The position numbers were made by a program, and so were the translations under genes. Positions 1 through 11,934 of a stretch of 64,000 bases of DNA are shown one piece after another. This DNA is from Leucoraja ocellata. Its lineage: Eukaryota. The notes beneath the pieces are model-generated. The model had not been told where the DNA came from, did no database searches, and saw only the letters and a list, made by a program, of their open reading frames with translations. Positions within the stretch are counted from its first letter, which is position 1; each line of letters begins with the position of its first letter. The stretch spans positions 2,666,001-2,730,000 of the forward strand of contig JAWMAR010000067.1 in NCBI GenBank assembly GCA_036785375.1, written 5' to 3'.

Positions 1-304
1 CCGATGTAATGTTCTTGCAGTCAATAGCAGCAAATTCTTTGAAATATCAAGAGAAATAATTGTGCAGTTGATAAATCACTGCAGTGTTAACTGCAAAAAT
101 GAAATGGCAGTTCGTTAGTAATTTATCTACTCTGTAACCCCTGCATTTATTTAGTGCACTGTGTCATTCTGTTTTTAAAAAGTCTAAAAATTATGATATT
201 GTATTGTGCCATGTATAGAAAATCTTTGCTAAGCTACCTGTCGAAATGTCGCTTTGGTTCAGTAATTGTGGGAAAATTCTAGCCGCATTTCTTGCAGCCG
301 CGGA

Positions 305-372
305 CCTTGATTGCTGGTCAGCGCAGACTGGTGGGCTAAAGGGCCTGTTTCTGCGCTGTATCTCTAAACTTA
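305..372 (+). mobile_element. V-SINE (HE1-type) 3' tail fragment
   Basis: gctggtcagcgcagactggtgggctaaagggcctgtttctgcgctgtatctctaaac matches the tail of the full SINE copies in this window. Confidence 0.75.
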
Positions 373-768
373 ACTGATGGAATTAGGAGGAGGGGATTTG
401 AGATGCAGAGTGGATCGAGAGAGGTGAATGAATCGTATTACTGGCAGACGGGGAATGTCTATGAAGCAATTGCAGATGCTGGTTTAAACAGGTATCCTCT
501 CTCCCACGGTACAAAGCTTTTGTATTTATCAGCTTGAAATTGTGCAATCTGGCACATTCTCTAGCGAGTCTTTTAACTTACACTTGTATGCAATATTTAT
601 GCTTTAAATTGGATTAGCTATGAATAAGGTTGGGCTAAATTACATTCCTAATTACATTCCACAGTAGAGCCAGGCTCTGATCAACAGGTGCAGCACATGA
701 ATGATCTTAGTGTATTCATGTATGGAAATCAGATTGTAATCAAGCAGTTGGCCCATGTTGACCAACTT

Positions 769-986
769 GGGTCTCACTGCACACCTGGTACTACTCCTGA
801 CCCTGACTCCAGGTGCATACCTTCTCTCATTCCTGACCCTGAGTCCAGCCTTACACTTGCCCCCCTATTCTGCCCTGATCATAGCTGCTTACCTGCTTAG
901 GTGCCCAGTGCTGAAGTCTCCCATTATCCCAGCTTTGACTGCACACCTGGTACTATTCCAGACCTTGACTCTGGATGCACACTTGG
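769..986. repeat. Degenerate local direct repeat
   Basis: actgcacacctggtactactcctgaccctgactcc near 777 recurs near 938, and tcctgaccctgagtccag recurs at 831. Confidence 0.6.
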
Positions 987-2514
987 CCTAGGTCCTAGCC
1001 CCTCTGCATTGACAATATATATGGCCCACACATAAAGCCCCATATTTGACCCCCTGGACTTAACCTATTACGTTCAAGTCCACAGGTGCTTGTCTAATGC
1101 GGTAATCTTTTATGGGGCACTTCACGGACCAAATTTTGTATTTGTATAACAAAATTTGCTACGTCCATTGGCTTCCTTGTTATCTAACATGCTAGTTACT
1201 TTGGCAAAGAAGTCATCAATTGGTTGAACAACATTTCTCATCCATAAAATTATACCCACTCAGCTGTATAAGTATTATGTTACTATTTCCTTCATTTTCC
1301 TAACAAACTGTCCTGAAGTCATTTTGCTGCCTTCCTCTCAGCTGGGACTTTTCCAAAATGCAGCCCAATAATAATATATATTTAAGCAATAATATTCTAT
1401 TTAATGTGATCTTGAGAGAACATAATATTTTATGTGGTATTCATAACAGTACAATGATAAAAAGATCTTTGTTTTGATTGCACCTACCAACATGCATACA
1501 TTATTATATTACAGTAAATATGTACCGACGGGAAATTTTTGTTCCAATGCTCCCCATTCCCAATTACATTTACATTGAAGTGATTGAAATCCAAGTGAAG
1601 TTTAAATAGCATCTGAAAAATAAAACCTCCGGAATGGATGATATTCATTACGTGGTTGGTTGGAGTCAGTATCAGCACAATTACTATATTAAACTTTGAA
1701 TCTTCAGATGTCCTGGTTCAAGCTAAAAACTAAAGACAAACAATAACCTCCTCACACATTCCCCTGTAAGTATCTTTATCACTCCTTGAAAATATGCCCC
1801 TTCTTGAATAAGCTCTTAAACATCACTCTGAATCAATTTCCAAGTTTCCATCTGATTACACTCCTTGAGGATGTTCATCTACGTGTTCAATTAATAAAAC
1901 AATGAGATTGGGGACATTTCTATTCAACCTGTCAAATGAATTTGTGGGGGGGGGGGGGGGGGGGTTAGAAATAATCAGTGTGGTAAACAAACATAATAGT
2001 TGAGTGGCAAATGACAATAGTGCTACTTTTCCAATATTTAACTGAAGGAAATAATAGGTTATCAGGGCTGTATGTTGTGACAGACTGCCTGACACCTTGC
2101 ATGTCATTTTAATATTACAATTATCCCATCCCCCTAGATATTCAGGATTAATAAATTAAGGTTTTGTCAACTAATGACAAAGCAGGCTAATTACTAATCA
2201 ATAACATTAGCCAACTCCGAAACACAAAGCGCTGAACATTGGGATCCGGACATCACGGACAACTGGCCTCAGTTCCCCGCTCACATCTGGCAGTGCTCTC
2301 CGTCTGATCCAGGGGCCGTGGAGCATTTTTGAAAGTGGTGGGGGCTGAGCGATCACTGATCACTGGCCTTGGGGGTATCCGGCGAGGGTGGAGTGACTGA
2401 GTGGTGGGAGGGGCACAGTAGGGACTTTTTGAAATTTGATGGATTAAAATCATGTTTTAGTACTTTGTGGAAGTATGATTTCAATGTCTTTTGTTTGAAG
2501 TATTTTTAAGAGGT

Positions 2515-2720
2515 AATTTTTTAAGGGGTAACTTTTTCCACACAAAGGGTGGTGGGTGTATGGAACAAGCTGCCAGAGGAGGTAGTTGAGGCAGGGACTA
2601 TCCCAACATTTAAGAAACATTTAGACTGATACATGGATAGGACAGGTTTGGAGGGATATGGACCAAACGTTGGTAGTGTAGTTGGGACATGATGACGGGT
2701 GTGGGCAAGTTGGGCCGAAT
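2515..2720 (+). mobile_element. CR1-type LINE 3' end fragment
   Basis: ttttccacacaaagggtggtgggtgtatggaacaagctgccagaggaggtagttgaggc encodes the FFTQRVVGVWNKLPEEVVEAG-type CR1 ORF2 C-terminus, followed by 3' UTR. Confidence 0.8.
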
Positions 2721-2727
2721 TGACTCG

Positions 2728-2976
2728 GGTTCATCACCGATTTTCCAGCAACTGGCAGTCTCGCACCTCCATAAATCTGGACAAAATTATGAAGGAGCAC
2801 TTAAAAACCCCGCCCCTTGCAGCCAAGGCTCTGGAACTCCAGCCCGGCTAAAGGTCAAGATGGACCGTTCCGGTACTGTGGATTCTTCTCGGAGGCCGTG
2901 ACCTCTGTTGGTCTGGCAACATGGATAATCCCAAAAAACTCTGGAACTAAGGGTGCCGGAAAATCGGTGGTGGACT
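2728..2976 (-). mobile_element. pogo/Tigger-like non-autonomous DNA transposon (MITE)
   Basis: Terminal inverted repeats caccgattttccagca ... tgccggaaaatcggtggtgga. The interior is the reverse complement of the copies at 16123 and 40177. Confidence 0.65.
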
Positions 2977-3159
2977 AACATGAGGCACATCTACATCTTT
3001 ACGGGTAGATACTGATTTAAAGCAATTCAATCTTTACAGAGGTAGGTCTATACCTCTACAGATTAATTCTGATGCAACGTAGTTTTACACCTCCACAGAC
3101 TGATATGTTAAATGTGCTGTAAGTGTTGATAATTTATCTGCAATTTTAAATTAAACCAC

Positions 3160-3392
3160 TGTAGCGGCACCTAGTGGTAGCTTGGGGCAATACAAAACCC
3201 TCGCTATTGGCTGGTGCCATCACGTGATCGTGGGTATGCTTTCGCGGGTTTTTGGATCGTTAGTTAGTCAAGCTCCACCCGTGTAGAAGGAGCTTCATGT
3301 TATTTGGCTGACCCAGAGTGCGGTTGAGTTATACACTTTGTTTGCCGTTTCAAATAAAGAATTCTATTTTACTCAACTGACTCATCTCCCCA
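3160..3392 (+). mobile_element. Solo LTR (Gypsy-like)
   Basis: Starts TGTAG, CpG-rich, AATAAA near 3353, ends CA. AACCAC lies on both flanks (3154-3159 and 3393-3398). An alternative end at ...ACA 3399 is possible. Confidence 0.6.
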
Positions 3393-3644
3393 AACCACAA
3401 GTCTAACAAGAGTATTTTTGGCTGAAGTGAAGTGGTGGCGATTTGCATCTAGTGTTTAAATTGTCTGTACTATTAAGAGGAGATAATTGTGTGTTTCTGA
3501 CTTCATTACAGAGCTCGTTTAACTTTCATTGTCCTGATACTAAATTTTTCTCTCTGTACTTGACTGCGAGTGTTCTTGAATGTGGCTTCTGATGAGGTTT
3601 GTAAATGGAGCAAACTGCTTGTCAAGAAAGCATTTAGCCTTTTT

Positions 3645-3940
3645 ACTTCAGAGATACAGCGTGGAACCAGGCCCTCAAGCCCACCGAATCTGCGTCGACC
3701 AGTGATCACCATGTACACCAACACTATCCAACATACTCGGGACAATTTTTCCAATTTTACTGAAGCCAATTACCATATTATACGTCTTTGGAGTGTGGGA
3801 GGAATCCGGAGCACCCGTCGAATATCCTGCAGGTCACAGGGAGAACGTACAAACTCTGTTCAGACAGCACTTGTAGTCGGGTTTGAACCTGGGTCTCTGG
3901 CACTGCGAGGCAGCAACTCTACCGCTGCGTCACCGTGCCC
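3645..3940 (-). mobile_element. V-SINE (HE1-type), full length
   Basis: tRNA-like head with box A/B, V-domain and CR1-derived tail on the minus strand. Confidence 0.85.
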
Positions 3941-4015
3941 CCCATTGGATATTGGGAATGAGTGTGTAGGAAGACATGGATGTTATACAGTTCAGTGAAG
4001 ACTTTCCAGGGTCTG

Positions 4016-4507
4016 ATAGAAACATAGAAACATAGAAAATAGATGTAGGAGTAGGCCATTCGGCCCTTCGAGCCTGCACCGCCATTCAATATGATCAAGG
4101 CTGATCATCCAACTTAATATCCTGTACCTGCCTTCTCTCCATATCCCCTGATCCCTTTAGCCACAAGGGCCACATCTAACTCCCTCTTAAATATAGCCAA
4201 TTAACTGGCCTCAACTACCTTCTGTGGCAGAGAGTTCCAGAGATTCACCACTCTCTGTGTGAATTTTTTTTTTCTCATCTCGGTCCTAAAGGATTTCCCT
4301 TTTATCCTTAAACTGTGACCCCTTGTTCTGGACTTCCCCAACATCGGGAACAATCTTCCTGCATCTAGCCTGTCCAACCCCTTAAGAATTTGGTAAGTTT
4401 CTATAAGATCCCCCCTCAATCTTCTAAATTCTAGCGAGTACAAGCCGAGTCTATCCAGTCTTTCTTCATATGAAAGTCCTGACATCCCAGGAATCAGTCT
4501 GGTGAAC
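4016..4507 (-). mobile_element. CR1 (HER1-type) LINE 3' fragment
   Basis: ORF 4201-4485 MSGLSYEERLDRLGLYSLEFRRLRGDLIETY...RTRGHSL...VVNLWNSLP, plus a (TTTCTATG)n tail. Confidence 0.92.
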
Positions 4508-5175
4508 AGTCTGATATGATGTTATCTCTCGGGAAACATGGACAGATGTTGGCTTCAGAGAAGTCCGGGGTGGGAGGCCTGCTGCTGCAGATGAAAATTT
4601 GAGTGACTATGCCCCATTCTTCTTCCTTTTTTTGCAGCTCCTTATGTTCATCGTAGGTGTGTATCTTCACACGTCCTGCTGTCTGACCTGCTGGGCTTTC
4701 CTTCTCAGTAGGCCTGTCTGATGATCAAGATATGCAGTGCACAGTAAAGGTGTATAATGTTGACAGCCAAGCAGCTTAGTGTAGAACCATTCAAGAATGG
4801 TGCAGACTGCCCAGAATGTTATCTTCAAAGCTTAGCTACAGGCAAAGGCACGGCTGTGATTGTAGCATTGCTCATTTGTTATGTGTTTGTGTGGTAAGAA
4901 GCCATTTGAGGAGGGAATAGCTTTAATCCCCAAAATCATGGTTCGTTTACAGTGTGCTCCTGAATCATACCAGGTAGCTGTGAGTGAAGAAAGACTGTCG
5001 TGGAATGGACCATACAAGTAGTTAACTGCAGCAAGTTTAACAAACTTTTGTCTCTGATATTCAATTCACTGCAAACCTCACGGCAAAAGCTGATAATTTG
5101 CAAACTGCATCCACTGTTGTCAACGCGCACCATCATTTTCTAGCTGCAATAATTAAATAGCAGCATTTTTACAGA

Positions 5176-5620
5176 GGGGGCACAGTGGCGCAGCTGGTAT
5201 AGCCGCTGCCTCACAGTGGCAGAAACCCAGGTTCTGCGTGGAGTTTGCACGCTCTCCCTGTGACTACGTAGGTTTTCTCTGGGTGCTCCAGTTTTTTCTC
5301 GCATCCCAATGATGTATGGGTTTTACATTGTTTAAGAAAGAACTGCAGATGCTGGAAAAATCAGTCTGAAGAAGGGTCTCGCCATGAAACATCACATATC
5401 CCTTTGCTCAATAGATGCTGCTTCACCCACTGAGTTTCTACAGCATTTTTGTCTACCTATGGATTTTACATTGATCGGCCTCTGTCAATTGCCCCTGGTC
5501 TGCAGTGAGTGGATGAGAAAGTGTGATAACATAGAACTAGTGTGTGAATGGGTGGGTGATCAGTGGAACTCAATGTGCCGAAGGGTCTGTTTCCCTGCTG
5601 TATCTTTCATTTCAAACATT
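5176..5620 (+). mobile_element. V-SINE interrupted by a Penelope-derived short element (5331-5457)
   Basis: SINE head and V-domain, then an insert flanked by the 16-bp duplication tatgg(g/a)ttttacattg (5315-5330, 5458-5473), then the SINE tail. Confidence 0.8.
5331..5457 (+). mobile_element. Penelope-derived short element with hammerhead motif and inverted 3' piece
   Basis: cagtctgaagaagggtctcgccatgaaacatc core preceded by the inverted tail aactgcagatgctgg, with a 16-bp TSD. Confidence 0.75.
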
Positions 5621-5864
5621 CAATTCTCCCTTTAGTATCGACAGATGAAGTTAAACGGCAGTACTGATTGCAATAATTAAAAGCAACAGTTTCCCTATGG
5701 TATTGAAGGCAAGAAATATATAGTCGCATCGTTCCTGTTGCATCGTCTATTAATTAAATTAACAGCTGCAGATTTGCCACTGCCTTGTCACCAATAATTA
5801 AAATGCAGATTTTCTGCAGAAGAGGCGGCAACAAGTAAATCATAACAGGCTGTCCATACAGAGT

Positions 5865-6150
5865 TGGAACATAGAAAGATACAGCACAGGAACAAGCCCT
5901 TCAGCCCACAGTGTCTGTGCCGAACAATCCAAACTAATCCCATCTGCCTGTACATGGTCTACATCCCTCTATTCCTTGGCTGTTCCTGTGCCTGTCTACA
6001 TGCTTCTTAAATGTTGCTGTTATATATGCTTCCATTACTTCCTATAGCAGCTCGTTCTAGGCACCTACCACTCTAAAACATAAATTGTTTTGCAATCTCC
6101 CTTAAGCCTTGCTCTTAGTACTTTAAGGCTATGCCCTCTTCTATTTGACA
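5865..6150 (-). mobile_element. CR1-type LINE 3' fragment (older subfamily)
   Basis: acagcacaggaacaagcccttcagcccaca tail and degenerate ORF2 end, similar to 50080 and 62945. Confidence 0.65.
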
Positions 6151-6152
6151 AG

Positions 6153-7140
6153 AGTCAAGAGTGTTTTATTATCTTATATCCCAGATAGAACAATGACATT
6201 TTTACTTGCAGCAGTAAACAATATAATGTGAAAAAAAAGTTCAGTGGATATATAAAACAGACACACACAGACACAGACACATACAGACACATACAGGCAC
6301 ACACAGACACAGACAGACACACAAGTAGTGCAAAAGACGAAACCAATGCCATATTGTTCATAGCTTATTTGGAGGTTGTGTTGTTTAGTTGCCTGATGGC
6401 TGTAGGTAGAAGCTGTTCAGCACCTTCTTCCCGTTCGTGGCTAGGATGCATGTGGGTCTCTGATGACGTTGGCTGCCTTTTTGAGGCAGTGACTCCTGTA
6501 AATCCCTTTGATGGTGGGGGGGTCAGAAACCATGATGGACTGGGCAGTGTTCACCATTGTTTGCAGTCTTCTTCGCTCCTGGGCATTCAAGTTGCTGAAA
6601 CAGGCCGTTATGCAACCAATATGCTCTCTACACTCTAGAAGTCCAAGAGAGTCCTCTCTGACATACCAAATCTCCACAATCTTCTCTGGATGTCGACGCT
6701 TTGAGGGGCTTTCTTTACAATTGCATCAGTGTCTTGGGTCCAGGAAAGATCTTCAGAAATATGCACACCCAGAAATTTGAAGCTAGTGACCCTCTCCACC
6801 ATCATCCCATTGATATAGACAGTTTGTGGGTCCCATCCTTCCTCTTCCAAAGTCCACAATCAGTTCCTTGATTTTACTGACATTGAGAGCCAGGTTGTGT
6901 AGGATGGGACTACAGATGCTGGCTTAAACCGAAGATAGACACAAAATGCTAGAGTAACTCAGCGGGTCAGGCAGTATATCTGGAGAAAAGGAATAGGTGA
7001 CGTTTCGCATCGAGACCCCTCTTTAGACAGCCAGGTTGTTGCGCTGGCACCATTTGGTCTGTCGATCGATCTCACTTAAATACCATCACCTTCTGTAATT
7101 CGTCCATCAACGGTGGAGTCATCAGTGAACTTGAAGCTGT
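6153..7140 (-). mobile_element. Rex1/Babar LINE 3' fragment, interrupted at 6899-7028
   Basis: Minus-strand ORFs INGMMVERVTSFKFLGVHISEDLSWT and CITACFSNLNAQERRRLQTMVNTAQSI...CLKKAANVIRDPH. Contains an (ACACAG)n microsatellite at 6258-6322. Confidence 0.85.
6899..7028 (-). mobile_element. Penelope-derived short element with hammerhead motif
   Basis: Reverse complement of the pLTR consensus, with 11-bp TSD agccaggttgt (6888-6898, 7029-7039). Confidence 0.8.
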
Positions 7141-8384
7141 GTCCCTTCCGGAGCCAATCAAACACCTGCTTCTTAAGTGTCCTGCCTTCTCTTGAATAAA
7201 AACCCTCTTTTCAATCCAAACCAACTCTTTCACTGAACTCTCCTGCTGATTTTTCAAAAATGCTTTCTCTCCTCTCAAAATGACTGCTCACTAACTCTCT
7301 CCGTGACTTTTAAGGGTTTAAGTTTGATGTTTTGAAGATTAAAAAATAATCTCCCACCTCCCAGGGTTCTGCAACCTTCCCTCCTTTTATTGGCTGCTGC
7401 GCCTTTTCATGAATCAATCAAATTAACCAAAACACTGATTATAATAATTTTTAAAAGCTATTATACTTCAGCATTGGAGCGGTTATATGCAACATTGACC
7501 ATTATTCTAACCCAGCTCCAGATTGGATTGGGCATTGACTACAATTATTAAGCAGAACCATTTTCTCCATCATATAATTTAGTCAGAATTGATTTTTAGC
7601 AGCATTTAGTGCAATGATTAAACAGCTGTGGAGAGAAATAATGTTTAGGTGGTAGGTTAGATGCCTGTCAAATAGGCTGCTTTATCTTGAATGTTGTAAA
7701 CGGGCATCAACAGTTCCTTATTTCTATATGTTGACTGTGCCACTGAAATCTCCTCAAGGTGTGCCTACCTTGAAGAAGTTCTCCTCCTCTCCCCGACGGA
7801 AGTCCTTTAGACTTTAGAGATACAGCGCGGAACCAGGCCCTTCGGCCCACTGTATCCGCATCGACCAGCGATCACCCCCTCAGTTAGACTCTCTCACTGC
7901 TTTCCTCCCCTTCCAACCCTGCACAGATATTGTGGGCCAAAAGACCTGTTCCTGTACTATAGTGTTCTATGGTTTTTGTTCTCTGTGCCCAAAGACAGCT
8001 TGATGAAAGTACTACATCCCAGCTGACGTCTAAGTATTTCTGGACCATGACTGTTCAAAATGGAGGAGAATTGGGGATAATGTTGAAAGCCATCATTTCA
8101 CGCATCGGGAACACACAGAAGGCCTGTATAAGTCGTGGGAAGATCACGCCATCCTATACACCACCCACTAGCCCATCTGTCAAACCACCTTCTGCCCCAT
8201 TGCAGAAGCTTCTGCAATTCCCACATTGGCCACATCCATCACCTCAAAAACCCACAAAGCCAAAGTGGAATTATGTCCCCCTCAATCCTCAGGGACCGTC
8301 TAAGCTACGGAAAGAAGAAGAAGAAATGAACCGTCCCTCGGCGGTATTGCCCATAGTAATTCAAACGCTGCAACAATTGCATGC

Positions 8385-9015
8385 AGTATTGACTACAATA
8401 ATCAAGTAACAATAACTAAACAGCAGCAGAGTTGCAGCCAAGTTAGTTGCATTATTGATTGCAATAATTAAAAAGATACTGTTAGCTGCAAAATTGATCT
8501 AATGACTTACTACAGTATTCACTGCAATAATTATATAGCAGTATATTCCTTTCAGTTTTGACTGCATTAATTAAAGCAACAGATTCTTCCCTGCAATTTT
8601 GACTGCAATAATTAAACAGCAGCAGATTCTTGCGGCATTGACTGCATTAATTCAATAGCAGCAGATTCCTGCAGCATTGACTGCATGAATTAAGCAGCTA
8701 CAGATCCCTGCAGTATTGACTGCATTAATTCAACAGCAACAAATTCCTGCAGTTTTGATTGACTGCACTAATTAAAAAGCAGCAGATTCCTACAGTATTG
8801 ACTGCAATGATTTAGCAGCAGCATAAATTGTAATAATTTCCCTGCATTTTTGCAATGCAATAATTTAAAAAGCAATATTGATTACAATTATTAAGCAGCA
8901 CCAGGTCCAATGCTGCACTGATTTCTGTCGCCGAACAATTGCAACATTGCACCCATTGCATCGACTGCAATATTTGAGCTGCTGCAGTTTTTGGTATTTA
9001 CTGCTTTAATTAAAC
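8385..9015. repeat. 39-bp tandem repeat array (consensus TGACTGCAwTAATTAAACAGCAGCAGATTCCTGCAGTAT)
   Basis: Units start at 8600, 8639, 8678 and 8717 (exact 39-bp spacing) and at 8760 and 8799, with degenerate units on both sides. Scattered units also occur at about 5144, 5667, 5793, 7535 and 7610. Confidence 0.85.
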
Positions 9016-9524
9016 AGGGCAATTTTTCCACACAGCATTTCTGACGTCAAAGAATGCTGAGCTCATTCACACTAAACTGAATTGCAACCCTCATTAGCTG
9101 TCCTAACCATCTAATGCAATTCCCTACAACCATTAGACTATTAAATTACCCCACAAATAAGCTCTGAACTACATAGACTTGTTTCTTTGCACTATTAATG
9201 TCTGTTTGTTTTTATGTGTATGCATGTATGCGTGCATATACACTGCACTTTATCGCTTATTATATTGTTTACAGAGTACTATGTTTACATATTCTTTTGT
9301 GCTGTTGCAAGTAAGAATTTCACTGTTCTGTCTGAGTCATATGACAATAAAACACTCATGACTAATATTGACCCAAACCTGGATTATATGAGATTTTCCA
9401 CTACATGACAGCAACTTGTGAATGCTTCCTTATCAAAATAGGAATTTTCACCTTGAACCCACTAGAAAGGCAGAAACAGCTGTTGCTTGCGTATCGATTC
9501 TACACTTTCCTTGATACATACATT

Positions 9525-9682
9525 CTATGTATCTCCCTCTCCCCTGACATCAGTCCAAAGAAGGATCTCGACCCAAAATGTCACCCATTCCTTCTCTCCA
9601 GAGATGCTGCCTGTCCCGCTGAGTTACTCCAGCATCTTGTGTCTATCTTTGGTTTAAACCAGCACCTGCAGTTCCTTCCGAC
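9525..9682 (+). mobile_element. Penelope-derived short element
   Basis: cagtccaaagaaggatctcgacccaaaatgtcacccattccttctctccagagatgctgcc...cagttccttcc. Confidence 0.8.
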
Positions 9683-10289
9683 ATATATTTACACCTCAAC
9701 GCTTTGCAGAATGTCACACTATATGCCATCTTGTGAAATACCTCTCTTTTGTGTTGACTGTTGACTGATGGACAATGTTATTGATGTTCCTCAACTCGAA
9801 GAGAGTAGTGGGTCAGGGAGGCAGCTCCACACCACCCTCAATACCAATGAAGAAGTGCTAATCCCTCGGTGCTGTCCACCACACCTGCATAAAAACAAAC
9901 AAACAAAAAACCACTGTACCTCCCTCATAGGAGGAGCAGGCTGGCTTTAAACTACACGGACTAGCTTTAACTGGAGTTTGCAGCTCCACACATTGACTCC
10001 TGCTAAAGTCACTTGGTGCTGGCTTAATGCCACCATCATTATAATGAGAATCAGCATAAGCCTGGCACATTGCCTGCATCACATTGAACAAGCACAGGCT
10101 AATCGTGCATCTCAATCCCTGGGCTCCTTTACGCCGTCTGTCAAATTTAGCCTCTGTTATCTCCATTCCTTCTGTTGTGGTTCGGTGTGGGTTAGTCGTA
10201 GGCTAAGACAGCACCAACCATGTATTTGAATGCGTCTTTGAAGAATGGAGAATGTAACCAAGAATATTTTGTCATAAACACAGGCGCAA

Positions 10290-10560
10290 GGATATGTCTC
10301 GACCCAAAACGTCTCCTGTCCATGTTCTCCAGAGATGCTACCTGACCCGTTGAGTTAGCCCAGCATTTTGTGCCCTTTTGTGTATTAACCAGCATGTGCA
10401 GTTGTTTGTTTCTATGAGCTGCAGATGCTGGTTTTTAACCAAAGAAAAGACACTAAGTGCTGGAGTAACTACGTGGATCAGGCAGCAACTCAGGCATATA
10501 TCTCCAGAGATGTTGCCTGACCCGCTTAGTTACTCCAGCACTTAGTGTCTTTCTTTTAGT
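10290..10560. mobile_element. Cluster of Penelope-derived short elements including a fold-back pair
   Basis: A forward copy at 10295-10413, then inverted arms 10441-10471 and 10527-10557 that are near-perfect reverse complements. Confidence 0.75.
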
Positions 10561-11586
10561 CGTAAACACATTAGCCGCCTTTGACCTGATTCGAGTTTGA
10601 GAAATCAAATTTAGTGAACTATTCCAGCAAACAGATTGGGAATCATTTAAGCTTTCAGCTAATGGTTTTGTGGAATCATTAAATAAATTTATCAAGGTGG
10701 ATGACTGGAGGCAAGAAATGCAAAAGGTGTTCCAGGGATTTTCAAATCATGAAACCTCCAGAGACAAAACCATGGAAACATTGGAGTGCTGGAAACCTTG
10801 TAGTGAGCCTGTGGGTCTCTGATGGTTATCAACCATGCTTCCCTTGTCGATATAGAGGTGTCGGTACACATATAACATTTGATGCAACGCAATTGGCATT
10901 GTACCAGTGCGTATCGTCACATAAAAAGCACTGGTTATCAGTAGATGACAGGATCAAAGAGCTGGCGTAACTCAGCAGGTCAGGCAGCATCTTTGGAAAA
11001 CATGGAGAGGTGACATTTTGGGTTGGGACCCTTCTTCAGTATCTGCAGTTCCTTGCGTCTAGGGTCTTTGCAACCGTAGGATTTGACACACTACCAATTT
11101 GATGAAGGAAACCCGAAATGCCTGGTTTAATATTAGATTTCACAGACAATATATTGATAAACTTCAGTTTAGTTTATTGTCACTTGTACCAAGGTGCAGT
11201 GAAAAGCTTTTGTTGTGTGTGGGAAGATTATAAATGATGACAGTCATGCCATCCACAGAATAAAGGGAATAACATTTGGTGAAAGTAAGAAATGCTGTTG
11301 TTGGAGCAGAGGTTTAAAAGAGTGGAGTGATTGTAATGCGTGATTGCAGATCCATTTCTGGGGCCAGGCCTGGCTGAGACGCCATCTTGGATGTGGTATC
11401 GGAAAGTGCAAACTGAATTTAGATTCGAACAAGCCATTGTTAGTCAATAACATTGTTTCCTTGCTGACTAGTTTGCAAGCACTAGATATTGAGCATAGGA
11501 TTTGTTGTGCACAATTTGAAATGCTTTCACTTTTTCCCAGTGTTACTTCATAAAACAATGCCAATTTAAGCTCTTTCTGTTTGCAG

Positions 11587-11706
11587 CATCTGGAGTAGCA
11601 CAATTTGAAGAAAACAAGGAGATTGCAAATAATAACCTAACTACCTGGAATTTTACTTGGCTGCTAAAGGATGAGACACCTTTGTCTACCTATCAAAGAC
11701 CACAGG
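11587..11706 (+). CDS. ltk: Internal coding exon (ALK exon 2 equivalent) of an ALK/LTK receptor tyrosine kinase, probably LTK
   Basis: Acceptor ctctttctgtttgcag and donor CAGG|gtgagt. 120 bp, phase 1-1. Encodes xSGVAQFEENKEIANNNLTTWNFTWLLKDETPLSTYQRPQ, similar to the recalled human ALK exon 2 motif TWNLTWIMKDSFP with the same exon length. ALK versus LTK assignment is uncertain. Confidence 0.85.
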
Positions 11707-11934
11707 GTGAGTAGTCTTTCATTAAAATGATGCTTGCTACCCATGTTCAACAATTAGTATGCTTACCATGCAAAATCAATGTGTTTACATGTGCTTCGAG
11801 GTATTGCAAAGCCTTTAATATTTAATTTAAAAAACTTTAAGATAACATTAAAGATTTCTGAGTTTCAACTTAAAAAAACAAAAATGAGAGTTAGGGGTTG
11901 AAGAGTTTGTGTTAAGACTCAGAGCAATGGGTAA

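Noticed and set aside
4757-4897. 46-aa ORF with a hydrophobic C-terminus (MLTAKQ...VIVALLICYVFVW)
   Set aside because: Short, no recognisable homology or transcript signals, and expected by chance
8600-8840. CRISPR-like periodic repeat
   Set aside because: Units are contiguous with no unique spacers, the context is a vertebrate intron, and there are no cas genes
9768-10970. Several 60-100 aa ORFs in non-repetitive sequence
   Set aside because: No recognisable domains or consistent splice signals, and overlapping ORFs on both strands suggest chance
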